Below are positions 12,478 through 25,995 of a DNA stretch of 64,000 nucleotides, in pieces. The notes beneath the pieces were generated by a model. It had not been told where the DNA came from, did no database searches, and worked only from the letters and a program-made list of their open reading frames with translations. The stretch is from NCBI RefSeq assembly GCF_006345805.1, contig NC_042999.1, forward strand, positions 148,738,001 to 148,802,000, given 5' to 3'. Within the stretch, counting starts at the first letter, position 1; every line of letters starts with the position of its first letter. Made by a program: the position numbers and the translations under genes. This stretch comes from Octopus sinensis (lineage: Eukaryota).

Positions 12478-12646
12478 ACATATTGTCTTAAGGTATGGGC
12501 CCACTGAGCAGTTGTCCAAGACCTACAGGTCTTGGAGACCCAATTCTGATCTGTATATATCATGGTTTGCTGTTAATAAATATATACTATAGGACCTAGG
12601 GGATCAGTTTGCCTCAGGGCCTTTAATGCTGCAGAGACAGATCTGC
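12478..12646. mobile_element. Decayed hAT-type MITE (tentative)
   Basis: Left end ...TGTCTTAAGGTATGGGCCCACTGAGCAGTTG and right end TTTGCCTCAGGGCCTTTAATGCTGCAGAGACAGATCTG resemble CAGGGCCGTCTTAA-type termini. No TSD recognised. Confidence 0.35.
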
Positions 12647-13584
12647 ATACATATGTATGTAAATCAAAGAGTGGGGTGTTAATTGAGAAAGATTTAGCTG
12701 CTATTTCTGGCAGGTATACAGCAACCATGTAGAGATTTCTCTTGTTGCCTCAGTGTGTATGTGAAGAGAAAGTGCTACAAACCTAGATTGGAAATAGAGT
12801 TGTGTTGGAGTGGGAGAGAGATTTAAGTCTCAAGAAGCTTAGTTTTCTTCTCATGCCACAATAACAACAACAACAACAGCAACTTGAAAATAATGATCAC
12901 AGAAATACAATAACCAACCTTATTGGTGGGAGGAGAAAAAAAACAAAGCGAGAGAAAAGAAAGGAAGAAAGGAAACAACCAAATACATGGTGGTGCGGAT
13001 TGTAAAATATTTAATAGATTAAACAATACATAAAAAGTAGACATGAAAACGTGAAAGAGGCAAGAGGCGACAGCAGAACGAGGCCGCTATAGAGGTGGGA
13101 GTATGAATGCACCAGTTGTTATACAAACCAGACAATATACATAATCCACAAGATTGTTCTAAACTGTTACACAGAAGAAGCTAATTCCATTGTAGTATTG
13201 TTATTTACAGGATTCTTTTTCTCTTATTTTTTTTCTCCCCTTCAAAATTTTTTTTGCCATGATTATTTGCTGCGACAGAGGTGTATGATCATTGTATTGC
13301 TTTTTTTATTTTCTTGACTGAATTATATTTACTCCCCGCCACCTTTACAAAGACATCAAACTTAACCTCATAAAATTTCACCCAGGTGTTACTAAAGACT
13401 TTCGGAAACTGTTAAACGTGTTAAGATGGACAAAATACAAGATAACTAAGTGTAGTAAACTTCCTCTCTCACATTAATTCACTTCAATTGAAATTATTAC
13501 AAGCTAGCTACAATACTTTTCTTTTCAGACCTGTAAATTGTGTAGGGTGTATAAGTGTGTGGTGTGTGTGTGTATGTGTGTGTG

Positions 13585-13838
13585 CAATGTCAGTGTGTAT
13601 GTTTGACAGAGCGTAAGCATCTTGAGAGAAAAGTTAGGCATAAGAGGCATCAGATGTGGTGATGCATATGGATGAGAATAGCTGTGTAAAGAAGTGCTGA
13701 TCTCTAACTGTGGAGGGAACTTATGGTAAAGGTAGACCCAGGAAGAAATGGAGTGAGGTGGTGAAGCATGATCTTCGAACTTTGACCCTCACAGAGACAA
13801 TGACTAATGACCAAGACCTTTGGTGATGTGCTGTGCAC
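13585..13838 (+). mobile_element. RTE LINE ORF2 C-terminal remnant, running directly into a family C tail to about 14270
   Basis: Translates SVSILREKLGIRGIRC...MDENSCVKKC*SLTVEGTYGKGRPRKKWSEVVKHDLRTLTLTETMTNDQDLW (RTE GRPRKxW motif). Confidence 0.85.
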
Positions 13839-14350
13839 CCGTGCTGGTGGCATGTAAAGAACAACTTTTGAGCGGTGGGACTCTCAGAGGCAAAGTGGCT
13901 GAGTTCCTTGGGAGCGATGGACTTCACAGAGGTAAAGTGGCCGAGTTCCTTTCAAGTGTTGGGCCTCATGGAAGCAATGACTGAGACCTTTGACATTATG
14001 TCATGCTTGAGAAGACCCATCAAGCCAAGCAAACTCGCAGTCGTGGCAGATATCGGGGTCACGCAAATTGACACCCATGCCGGTGGCACATAAAAGCACC
14101 CATTACACTCTCGGAGTGGTTGCCATTAGGAAGGGCATCCAGCTGTATAGAAAACCATGCCAAATCAGACTGGAGTCTGGCGCAGCCTTCCAGCATGCCA
14201 GCCTGGTCAAATTGTTCAACCCATGCCAGTATGGAACAACGTACATTAAATGATGATGATGATAATGATATAAAATACACACACACAAAGAAGCAAAATG
14301 CACAGAAATTGTATGCTGGACATAGACACACACACGCACATACATATATA

Positions 14351-14660
14351 GTGTAACCTCTCGAAAGAGCTGCTCTTCACTCCTGCTTCAGAGCGTCGGC
14401 TGCGGGGTCATTCCGAAAAGCTCTATCTGCGACGATTTCATCTCAATCGAAGGAGAGGGGCTTTCTCCGTTCGGGTTGCGGATCCGTGGAACAAGCTGCC
14501 AGACGAGATGGTGAAGATGCCGACGACCGCTTTGTTCAAAGTCTCCCTTGACCTCAAGTGGCCTAAACTCTTTACATGAACACCACCCTGTACATAACTC
14601 CATGTCCCCCTACATGGCCTTGCTTTTTGCTTTTTGAGCCAAAAAAATTAACTAACTAAC
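14351..14660 (+). mobile_element. 5'-truncated CR1-clade LINE: intact ORF2 C-terminus, 3'UTR and (TAAC)n tail
   Basis: 14352-14579 reads without a stop: CNLSKELLFTPASERRLRGHSEKLYLRRFHLNRRRGAFSVRVADPWNKLPDEMVKMPTTALFKVSLDLKWPKLFT*. This carries the RGHxxKL...FSxRV...WNxLP CR1 signature. The element ends TTAACTAACTAAC inside a TA run. Confidence 0.92.
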
Positions 14661-15999
14661 ATATATATGAAATAAAATATTTACGTAGTCAACTGGTTTC
14701 GCTTGTGTTAGGCATGAGGATGAAATTTGTAATAATGTTAAAATTTCATGCTGTCATAAATTTTCATTCCATGTTAGTATTCTATCAGTCTCTTTTGCTG
14801 AATTGCTAAGTTACGGAGACACAAACACACCAAGATTGGTTGTCAAGCGATGGTGGGGGAACAAACACAGACCTACAAATACATACATATACAACGGGCT
14901 TCTTTCAGTTTCTGTGTAACAAATCCACTCACAAGGTTTATGTCAGTCTGAGGCTATAGTAGAAGACACTTGCCTAAGGTCCCGCACAGTGGGACTGAAC
15001 CCGGAGTCATGTGGTTTTGAAGCAAGCTTCTTACCACACAGCCTCTCCTGCACTTATAATAAATAAATAAATAAATAAATATATATATATTTATTAGTTT
15101 ACATTTAAAGTATATATAATTTGAGGTTATCTATATATTTTGCTTGCATCTGTAATTACCTTTTAAACTGAAACAACAGGATTTCAAATTTTTCAGAAAG
15201 CGAAAACTACTGTTTTCAAATGCAAACAAAATGTTTTTATATGCAAAAAAAAAAAGACGCAGCAGCTGTAAATTCTCAAACACTAATTAGTTTATGATTA
15301 TTTTTCTTTTTAATTAAAAGCATTTTTTTAAATATTTATTATTTATTTACATATATTCGCAGATTCTAAATTCCCGATATTCAAAACATGGAAATCGAAA
15401 GAATGTTTGGCAAAAAAATGGCATAAAAAAGCTAAAGGAGGTTAAACAAAACAACAAAAAAAGATGTTAAAATGAATAAGCATCTATATATATGTGTATG
15501 CATGGATATCGCTACATATAACGGGGCTCTGTAAAGTACAAGCTGAAGAACAACTAAACTAGTTTCACCTTGTCTTTATCAGCTCATTAGAAATGTCTAC
15601 TTCAATTGTTCTACTGCAAGAGACAATCAGATAGAAGCTAATCATTACTTATGGAAAATGCAATGAACAACAGGCACTGCTTTCACTCATTATATGCATT
15701 GCCAACACTTATTAACTAAAGTACTGAGACAACATGGTTACAGGTTTAGCCACAGAATCTATTTACACTGCACGGCTAAAATGTATGATCAAATATATTC
15801 ATGTAAATTATTTATGACTTATCCACAATCACACTGCCTCAAGACTTTATACAGCTTATCATCATCATTGTCATCGTCATCATCATTTATCATCTGTTTT
15901 CCATGCTGGTATGGTTGGATGGTTTGACCAGAGCTGTTAAGTTGCACCAAGTTCCTGTCTGATTTAGTTTGGTTTCTACAGCTGGATGTGATCTCATAT

Positions 16000-16373
16000 T
16001 CTTTTCTACTCTAGGCACAAGGCCTGAAATTTGGGGGGAGGTGACTAGTCGATTAGATCAACCCAAGTACACAACTGGTATTTAATTTATCAACCCCGAA
16101 AGGATGAAAGGCAAAGTCAACTTAGGCGGAATTTAAACTCAGAACATAGTGGCAGATGAAATACCTATATCTTTACTACCCAGAAGGGGCTAAACACAGA
16201 GAGGACAAACGGATTAAGTCGATTATATCGACCCCAGTGTGTAACTGGTACTTATTTAATCGACCCCAAAAGGATGGAAGGCAAAGTCGACCTCGGCGGA
16301 ATTTGAACTCAAAACGAAATACCGCTAAGCATTTCACCCAGCATGCTAACGATTCTGCGAGCTCACCACCTTT
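16000..16373 (-). mobile_element. Dimeric family B SINE with 13-bp TSD
   Basis: Two successive GGCAAAGTC(A/G)AC...GGCGGAATTT(A/G)AACTC blocks, bracketed by the direct repeat TGTGATCTCATAT at 15987-15999 and 16374-16386. Confidence 0.85.
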
Positions 16374-16419
16374 TGTGATCTCATATATTATACATACATA
16401 TATATATATATATAGTCAG

Positions 16420-17410
16420 GGGGAATGAAGGTAAGGGTTTTGCTGCAGAAAAGAGCAGGTAAGAACACCATGGTCTGAACTATGGGCACACATAAGATGT
16501 ACAGGGATCACAAACAAGCTAGCAGTAAATAAAGACTCTTTGTGGTAGATGTACATAAGTAGTTAATAACCAATAAATACTTTACAATGCTTAAAAGGTT
16601 CCATAGAAGTTGATAGAATCTCTTATGCAGGATGTGGAGGAGGAAGCTCTGGAAGTAGGGTAGCCAGGAAAAAAAAAGGTCTAAGAAATTCAGAGAGCTA
16701 TTACCTCTGTTGAAGGTAAGAGGATTCACCCTTCAAACAAAGGGTAGATTGTATGTTGCTTGCATATGAGATGCAATGCTGCATGGCAGTGAGATGTGAA
16801 CACTAAATGCAGAGGTTGTGTGAGGGTTGGAAAGAAATGAGGCAAACATGCCCTGCTGGCTGTGTAATGCTAGTGTGCATGAGCAACATGGTATAGATGA
16901 GCAGAGAAATAATAATAATAATATGGGCTACTCGACCAGAAGAAAATTCTAATTGGGCCCCACCTGCAAGGTCGTGTGCTGTTAATCTTGATATGAGGTC
17001 ACCATGTCATGCACATATGGTTGTGATGCATGTGCTTGGTGTGCCCTTATCAGACGGGTAGTCATGATCGGTATACTGGGCTTCGTATATTTTTACCCCA
17101 GTTTCATTTTGATGGCATGCACTGCTCTCTCACTCAATGATAATAATAAGAAGAAGAGGAATCAGATGTAGAGTATAAGAGAGGTGACTGTGTTGATATG
17201 GTGATATGATGTGTATGAATGATGACAGAGAAATACAGATGTGCCAAGAGATTCAAAGAGGAAGAAACCTGTGGAAGACAATAACAATTAGAGAGAGATG
17301 ATAAAGAGAACAAATTTCATGATGGAGATGATTAAGTGCTACAAGTAGTGAGAGACATTGTACAAGAGAAAACCCACCTGACCCTCACAAATATGGAAAA
17401 ACAGATGTCA
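16420..17410 (+). mobile_element. Decayed RTE LINE ORF2 (C-terminal half), split by an insertion at about 16910-17150
   Basis: KKFRELLPLLKVRGFTLQTKGRLYVACI*DAMLHGSEM*TLNAEVV*GLERNEANMPCWLCNASV, resuming after the insertion as RGIRCRV*ER*LC*YGDMMCMNDD. Confidence 0.85.
16921..17148 (+). repeat. Unclassified retroposon-like insert flanked by (AAT)n
   Basis: Interrupts the RTE reading frame, has AATAAT runs on both sides and ends ...GCACTGCTCTCTCACTCAATGATAATAATAAG. Confidence 0.55.
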
Positions 17411-17559
17411 GCTGTGACTTGAAGTGGGCCATCCCTTAGAAATTTCCAGTTGTTCCCTCTTATAAATCTTCCCTCTCCTTCGTGTCAACTAGTATTACTT
17501 TGAACCCATACCTAATCAAAACATATTCCAGCTTCCATGCCTTTAGGTCTCTAGGTCAG

Positions 17560-17810
17560 TCCAGGCCTTATTACTAACCCATGTTAAGTGGTATGCTCTT
17601 CATTATTCATAATTAGTAACCTATCCCACTTCCTAGAATATATAAAGTCTATTTGATATGCATGTTGGGTTGATTACTAAGTAGTCAGGTGACTAGCTAC
17701 AAGCCAGTTTCCTGAATCTAGTGTTGTAAATGGTTACATCATCCATTTTCATTTCTCATACCACAATTATAATCTCCAACCTTCAAAGAGTTCCCAATAT
17801 GTCCATACAT
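17560..17810 (-). mobile_element. Very decayed RTE APE-endonuclease remnant
   Basis: Minus-strand fragments GHIG...YNCGMRNENG, YNTRFRK, SHLTT, YQIDFI..RKWDRLL and T*HGLVI occur in the order of the RTE endonuclease motifs (GHVG, RNxxG, NTxFxK, HLxTY, QIDY, QHxLV). Confidence 0.55.
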
Positions 17811-20800
17811 GGTCATGTATGTATACACTCGCACTATCAATCCAACATAAAGAGTTTTCTAGCCTCTAAAAACTCTTGCAATGAATATGTACATCAATTC
17901 AGTAACCTAAAGCTTATGAGCAGATGTCTACATGGCACTTGAGTATAGTATGCTTCCAAGGTTGGGCCATTGTCTGGATAGAGGGGTTTAACCAGTTTTC
18001 ATTCCAACAGAAAGCTTAAAACCTATAATATCTCCAAACTGCAATATACAAAGTTAATCTCAACAATATTTCGAACTTAGAGTACTAAATATTTTTTTCG
18101 AACTAAAGAGAAAATTCCCTCTTTGCAAATAAAAATGAAAACACTAATATTGTTGAGCCCCAAATCATCTCTGATTGAGCAGACTTTTGATCAAAGGTAA
18201 TCCAACTATGACCATCCCATCCCCTGTGGTGAAGTGCTGTGCTGCAGAGAACCTACCCAAACTATGAAAACATAAGAAATGGACATATAAATTAGGATGG
18301 TAGTAGTGATGGAGTATAGGGATGTGCGATACCTATGAATCTCCCCAACTCTTCTTTATTCCCATCTATTGTTCACCCCTTTCCTATCAATGTGTCACCC
18401 TACCACAACTACCTCTTATTCACTTATGTAACAAGGGATGAAATCACACTGGACTTTTTTTTGCTATTTAATCTCTTATCATCACTTTTATTTATTGCTA
18501 GCTATCTTTCCTCTCACTCTTCCTATCATCGTCATCATTTAACATTCACTTTCCATGCTAGCATGGGTTGGATGGTTTGAATGAAAACTGGTTATCTGGT
18601 GGGGGATTCACCAGGTTCAGATCTGATTTGGCAAGGTTTCTATGGCTGGATGCCCTTCCTTAATGCCAACCACTCTGAGAGTGTAGCGGGTGTTTTTTAC
18701 ATGCCACCAGTATGGGTGTCATTGACCGGGCACCAACATTGGCCATGACTACACAAATAGTCTCACTTGGCTTGACAAGTCTACACAAGTACAGTATATC
18801 GCTAAGGGTCTTAATCATCTGTTACTGCTCCCGTGAGGCCCAACGCTTGAACAATGCTTTTTATGTGCCACTGGCACGGGTGCCAGTCAGACGGCACTGA
18901 CATCAGCCACAACTACAATTTCAATATATATTTCTCCTTCTCTCCCCTCTCTTTCTGTTACTCTTTCCCATTACAATATCACTAATTGAAGATATGCATC
19001 AGTTTCTCTCTTGAATTCAAAGACTGTTTGAAGTAAAACATGTTTTAAGGCAACATGCTTTACCTTTTACTAATTTGAAGAATTTGCAAAAAACAAAAAA
19101 ATGAGAGCAAGAGAAAATTGTGAAATTCTACCACAAAATAAAAAGAGCAAAACTGTAGACAATTTTATACTCATACTACCAACACTGAAAAAAAAATAGG
19201 GATATTACTAAGTAACTTATATAATACCTAATAATGTAGCAAGTTATTCTGTTGTCATTTGATTCCTGTTGGAACCAAAATGTTGCCAAAAGACATCTTG
19301 ATTACAATTTCAGCTGGAACAAGATACAATAAAACATTTCAGTTTCAGATGTGAATGTCTGAAACACCCAGTTGACATTAAATAAGCCTTACACAGACAA
19401 AAATTGAATAGCCCTAAATCCTCCCAACTCTCGACTCTGGTTTCATTGGAATATATGCATTGCCTAAGGCTCCAGAATTGCTTTTATGATGTGGCAGGTT
19501 TTAAGTTGAGTTTGTATGCTGCTATAGATATTAATTGGTGTCACTGGACTCTGGCTAACTAGGGTTTCATTGCTAATTAAGAATTTATTAAAATACAAGA
19601 AAAACACTGCTTCATCATCATCAACATCATTTAACATGAACCTTTCCATGCGTGCATGAATCATAGTTTGTAGAGGCAGATTTTCTACAGCTGTATGCCT
19701 TTCCCTCACCTCATTTACAACCATCAAATAATGTCAAGATAAGGACACACATGCATACAGATAGATGGATGGATAAACAGACAGACAGATAGACAAACTG
19801 GAAAAAGCCCTTTGTTTATCTACCAAATCCACTCTCGAAGCTTTGGTCAGCCCAGTGCTATACTAGAAGACTCTTCCTCAAGGTGCTGCACAGTGGCACA
19901 TATTTGGGAAGCAAGCTTCTTAACCTCACTGCTCCATCTGTGCCTATACCACACAGCCACACCTGTGCTTATGTGGATAAAACACCAACTTCCAAAATCT
20001 CATGACTAAGTTCATATTTTGCTAAATACATTAAGCTCTATCTTCAGATTTCTTGAGCCAATGGGAAAGCCTCTATGCACCAAATTACCCTCAACTATTT
20101 AAAAAATGGATGCGTTAAGACATAAAAGTAGACCTTGATAAGTTATGTCTGATAAAGATGGGATAGCTATGATTGAACTGCTTGTGATCACAGGTCATCT
20201 AGATCAGGTCAGGGTTTATGTGGGGTTAAACAACAAAAACACCCTCATATTCTTGATCAGAATTTTAAGAATCTATCAAAAGACTAAGTGGAAGGTGCCA
20301 TATTTTCCATGTAACTGCTAACTTTAGAGATGTTCCAAAAATGTTCCATCTATTTTCAAAATTACAACTTCTTGCAGTAATACTCTGGGGTATAAGTACA
20401 AATATATATACATATATATAATCTCTCACACACACACATATATATATATAATCACACACACGCACATATATATATATATATATATATATAAAAGAAAATT
20501 AAATTTAAAATTAAATCTGAATAAACTCCAAGCAATTACATATTGTTGTAATTAGTTTAAAATAGTTAAAATTGTCAGCACTTTTCACTTGCAATATCTT
20601 CATATTCTCGCAAAAACAAAACTAAATAAAATATAAAAATTTACTATATAAGCCACAGTTGCAATTAGAGAGTTAATGAAAAATAAGAATTACAATGGAA
20701 GCCACTTATTGCTATCCCTTTGGGACAGTGCCTTTGAGATAACAATACACAACTGATAAAATTATATGCGAATTTAATAAGTAGCTTTCACTGCATTCTG

Positions 20801-21361
20801 AGTTACCATCCATATAATAATTAACAATTAAAGTGGGTGGCAGAGTATTCAATGTTGTCACCTATTTAGCTGTTAACTATTATGGATAGCATCTGAGAAT
20901 AATTTAATTTTCCTCTTTTGCTTTTCAATTCTTTTATTCTCTCCCAACAAATAGACGTTTTTGTATTGAATCCAGAGAGTTATACCTAGTCTGCACTTTA
21001 CTGAAGAGTTTTTTAAAAAAATAAATAGGAAACATGCACAAAGTTATCTCCCATACATCCTGAAGCAAAAATAATCGTATCCATTACTATTATTTTTTTT
21101 TTCACAGCACATCTGATCATACTTAGGCGTTTTAATGTTCTAAGTATTAAGTTTACCCTCATCTATTTATCACATATCAATTGCACATATATGAAGAGTC
21201 TGCATTTCATTGAAGAGTTAAAAATAAAAAGAAAAGAAAAATACCCACACCCTTAAAGTTGTCTCCCATATTAGCAAAGGTAAAAATAATTACAACTGTA
21301 TTTCTTTTACTACATATTTTATTATCTTACTTTGGATTTTCAATGCTCCATAGTTATTTAA

Positions 21362-21573
21362 CCCTTTCATTACCAACTCGGCTGAAACCAGCTCCAGCTC
21401 TGAGGACAAATGTCTTGTTTTCATAAGTTTTGAATAAAAATCTTCCACCAAACCTTAGTCATAGTTAACATGAGCTGAATGATAACTAAATTATTTTACT
21501 AAATTCTTTGTTCTATTTAAAATTAATTGAAAGAAACACAGAGCATCTCAACAGAAACATGGTAACAAAAGGG
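21362..21573. mobile_element. piggyBac-type MITE, copy 1 (TTAA TSD)
   Basis: TTAA|CCCTTTCATTACC ... GGTAACAAAAGGG|TTAA. Confidence 0.9.
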
Positions 21574-21604
21574 TTAAAATATATAATAGAGAAACAATTC
21601 TTAA

Positions 21605-21826
21605 CCCTTTTGATACTAACCTGGCTGAAACCACTTCTGGCTCTGTAGTACAAATGTCTTGTTTTCATAAGTTTTGAATTAAAATCTTCCACCAGACCTT
21701 AGTCACAATTTATGTCCCTAACACTAGCTTAATGATAACTAAGTTATTTTATTAAATTCTTTGTTATATCTAAAATTAATTGAAAGAAACACAGAGCATC
21801 TCAAAATAAATACAGTAACGAAAGGG
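21605..21826. mobile_element. piggyBac-type MITE, copy 2 (TTAA TSD)
   Basis: TTAA|CCCTTTTGATAC ... GTAACGAAAGGG|TTAA. Highly similar to copy 1. Confidence 0.9.
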
Positions 21827-22919
21827 TTAATATACTTTGACAGTTGAAAAACAATTAGGAAGGTTTGGAGGAGGAACAAACAGAGCTTATTTGTCAAGAA
21901 TGTGGATCAAACAAATCTAAAAGTTCAATCTCTAGTAATGCACCAGCAGGTACAAAACTACAAATTTAGAGGAAAGGAACAGTCACTTAATTCAACCTAT
22001 TACACAAGTAGCACTTCATTTTATCGACCACCACCACAACTATCCCCACAAAAAGGAAAAAAACATTAAAGCTGAACTTTGGCATGATTTGAACAGAGAA
22101 CATAAAGAGAAGAAATAAATATGACAAAAGCATTTTAATCCGATGCTCTACCAATTCTGCCATTCCAATAATAGCATAGTGATTCATTGGCAGTATTTAT
22201 TGGTAAAGAGAGATTAGTACAGTAATATGCAAAAAGCATTGAAGAAATTCTATTAAAGACATTTGAATTGCTGTAGTAGAACGACAGCTGAAAAAGACAA
22301 ATACAAGTATACCACATGATAGGTTTAGGCAGAACAACGCAATTTATTCTTCTTCAATCTCTTTACTTTGTCATTTACACATGTGAAGCCATTTTTTATG
22401 TTAAGACTTAATGCTTGTGATTTTTATCCAATCATCACTTCCCCAGATACTATCAGCAATAATGAAACCATACCCTTTGCATTCAATATATTACATCAGC
22501 ATTAAAGTGAACAAAGTACTGGATAATCAACCCCTGTGGTGTGTGTTCAAATCGCTTGCAAGTATTTTGTTGTGTATTTGAAAAGTACACTGGATATCAT
22601 GAATTTAACTATCAAAAATAATCTGAGATCATTACCTTTGGTAGGTTGATATCCTCTGCAGTGGGGACATCATTATCATTGTTTTAATGTCTACTTTTCC
22701 ATACTATCATGGGTCAATAAGAATTCATTGAGGTAGATTTTCTGTGGCTAGATGCTTTCACCTGTTTTCAAGCAAGGTAATATTTCCCTTAGTTTGACAA
22801 ACATGAACAGCACAATGGCTGAACATACTTTCATGGAAGACAGAAAGGAAACAACACTTCTTGTATGACAGTGATATTTGTTTATCATACATTATATATA
22901 TATATATATATATATAAAT

Positions 22920-23015
22920 GGACAGCAAATCTACATGGCATGTATACGGACAGCAATTCTACATGTTAGTAAGACTTGGGCCCTGAATGCAGAGGACATG
23001 CGAAGTTTTCAGGCG
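22920..23015 (+). mobile_element. Short RTE ORF2 remnant
   Basis: Translates YMACIRTAILHVSKTWALNAEDMRSF, paralogous to the segment at 16745-16830. Confidence 0.75.
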
Positions 23016-23284
23016 AGATAACAAAGGACTAGGATGCCTGGCACCTTGCAGTACTAAAACAGAATTGTTAAGACCAGTCCCTCTGGTAATGTAAAGCCCT
23101 TGTGGCAGGGCCACATAAGAGGACCCATGCAATGCCACATAAAAGCATTCAGCATACTCTGTAAAGTGGTTGACATTAGGAAGGGCATCCAGCCATAGAA
23201 ATCTGACTGGAGTCTGGTGCAGCTCCCCAGCTCTGGTCTAACTGTCTAACCCACACCAGCATGGACAATGGATGTTAGATGAGG

Positions 23285-23333
<49 letters not shown>

Positions 23334-25329
23334 AGAGAGGGGTGTGTGCATGCATGCACATGTGCAACTTATATAGTACCTTTATAAACAGGGCAAATTT
23401 AGCTGCTTCTCCATAGATTAAAGAAATAATGAACACCTTTAAGTGATTTTCAAATCTTATTGGATTCTCATCAGAGGTGTGTACATCAATTTAACAAATC
23501 CCAAACACAAGCAGCCAACCTGTTTATATACTCAACAATTACAGAAGCTATATATACATATATATATATATGCTTCTATAGTGATCCTTAGATGGAGCAC
23601 AGTAATCTCCTTGTGTCAGTTTACGAGGCATATTCAAAATGTCAGAGAAAGGATACTGTATAATGCCAGTTGTGCTTATGCTGTGAAGTCATGAGTTTGG
23701 AAGGCCACACACCAGTTAATATTGGCACATATGGTTTCTTTTATTACTGCAATGAATCCTTGTAACAATCACTAAATTGACTAAAACGAAAATTACTAAA
23801 TGGACGAAGTATAGGGTGAACATCTGTTCACAGATCTTTATTTAAAATTCTACTGAGGATATTTTAACTCTTATATACAACAGCTTATACCCGTAATACA
23901 AGTCAGTTTCTTGAATTTAATCTGTCATATTCACACAGCACAAGTACAGCCACACAATCAACTTAGTTCTTCTTCAGTCGCTGCAACTTTTCTGTTTTCT
24001 TTACTATTAAGACAATATCAAAGAAACAACCGAAAATGAAGAACAAGCAAACGGCTGAAAGAAACTAATATATTTTCTAATGTGTGTGCTGTTGTTGTTA
24101 ATGTTACAAGCCCTGAGGGCAAAATACAATTACAAAACATCATACTCAATAACTTTCTTTCATATCATTTAAATTTTAAACAATTTCTAACACTTCAAAT
24201 AAGCTTTATACTGCTGCAGGAAAACAAAAATTATTTTCTAATCTACTCATGGTTCATTAATATATTTAATTATTCAAAGAATTCTTCATAATACATTGCT
24301 GTAGTGAGATAGCTCTCTCAACCTGTGCACTGAATTATATGTTTCTTTTGCTTCTCAGATTTGAAGGTGTAAGGCCATTGGTTTAGTACAGATTCAAAGA
24401 TGCCAACTAGATACATGGCTTTATCACAGATGTGGGTTCAAATCCAAGCAAAATCAACTTCATTAGGATATTGGTCACAATAAGTAGCAATCATGAAACT
24501 AATTTCAGCAGATTAACAGTGATCTCTATTCTGTGTATGCGTGTATGAAAGAGAGAGAGAGACAGACAGACAAATAGACGGACACTGTCACACACAGAGA
24601 GCGAGAGATAGAAATTATGCTACTGTTTAGCCCCAGGTCAGCTCTCATTGAGTATATCTATGATCATAGGTATTTAAGCCATGACCATCTGTCACTTTTT
24701 GAGCAGAGAGTAACTGAGACGTAAGAAATTTGACAGCAATTTCTAGCACGAGAAATCACATAGAGGCTGCCTTTTGATTATGATATTCTTCAAAAGAGAT
24801 CAAGTTCTCAACAAAGTTGTAAGTGGTGGAGACAAAAGTACACCAAATTTTAGCTTCCTTCTTCTCAGTCTAGTATTTAAATCCTGCTTTCCCTTAGGTG
24901 ATACTAAGTGTGTGTGTGTGTATGCAGTAGGTGCAAGCATAGTTGTGTGATTAAGAAGCTAGCTTTGCAACCACATGATTTCGGTTTGAGTCCGACTGTA
25001 CAGTACCTTGGGCAAGTGTCTTCTACTATAGCCTCGGTCTTGTGAGTGAATTTGGTAGATGGAAACTGTGTTGAACTTCCATCAAATATAAACGTTTCTA
25101 TTGTAATGTGATATAATAGTTTCACTTTTATATTGTTTCACTTTAATTCTAATGTGATAACACTAAGACCATCTTATTTTACACACTTACCGTTGAGTTA
25201 CTAGTTAACAAATCTTGTAACAATTGCAAAATTGCAAGGTATTTACAGTTACATATTAACCCTTAAATTAACATTAAATACGTGTGTTTAATCTATGGAT
25301 ATAAAATTCTTTGTCTCTGTCTGTAATCA

Positions 25330-25541
25330 CAAGGGACTACACACAGAGGGGACAAACAAGGACAGACAAACGGATTAAGTCGATTACATCGACCCCCAGT
25401 GCGTAACTGGTACTTAATTTATCAACCCCGAAAGAATGAAGGGCAAAGTCGACCTCGGCGGAATTTGAACTCAGAACGTAACAGCAGGCGAAATACAGCT
25501 ACGCATTTCGCCTGGCGTGCTAACGTTTCTGCCAGCTCGCC
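25330..25541 (-). mobile_element. Young-looking family B SINE
   Basis: CpG-rich copy: GAAAGAATGAAGGGCAAAGTCGACCTCGGCGGAATTTGAACTCAGAACG...GCCAGCTCGCC. Confidence 0.9.
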
Positions 25542-25569
25542 ATGTATGTAATACATACACATACATATA

Positions 25570-25911
25570 TCTCCATACTGTTATTTTTTCACACTGGAAA
25601 TGCTATGATTTGGTGCAAAACAAATCAGTTGCAGTGCAGACTTCAACGTGATGGGTTGGGGGATTGTTTCATTATGGTAACAAATGCTGAAGAAGGTGGA
25701 GCTATAATGCCAGTTCAGAAACCGGTCCATGTGAGCACAAATACTAGAAAATATATAGCTGGACACTATAGTGATATGTTGAACGATTTTCTTAATCCGT
25801 ATGCTCACAGACAGTTGATTTCTGTAGTTATTATCAGTGTTATTTTTTTGCCGGTTTAAGTGAGAGTTTTGACTTATTTCCAACAGGTAGACATAGTATG
25901 TCCTTTGATTA

Positions 25912-25960
<49 letters not shown>

Positions 25961-25963
25961 TGG

Positions 25964-25995
<32 letters not shown>

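Noticed and set aside
22636-22655. Possible 20-nt minus-strand micro-exon (CAG|...AAG|GTAATG)
   Set aside because: No polypyrimidine tract, the acceptor side is a retroposon tail, and the length is not 3n.
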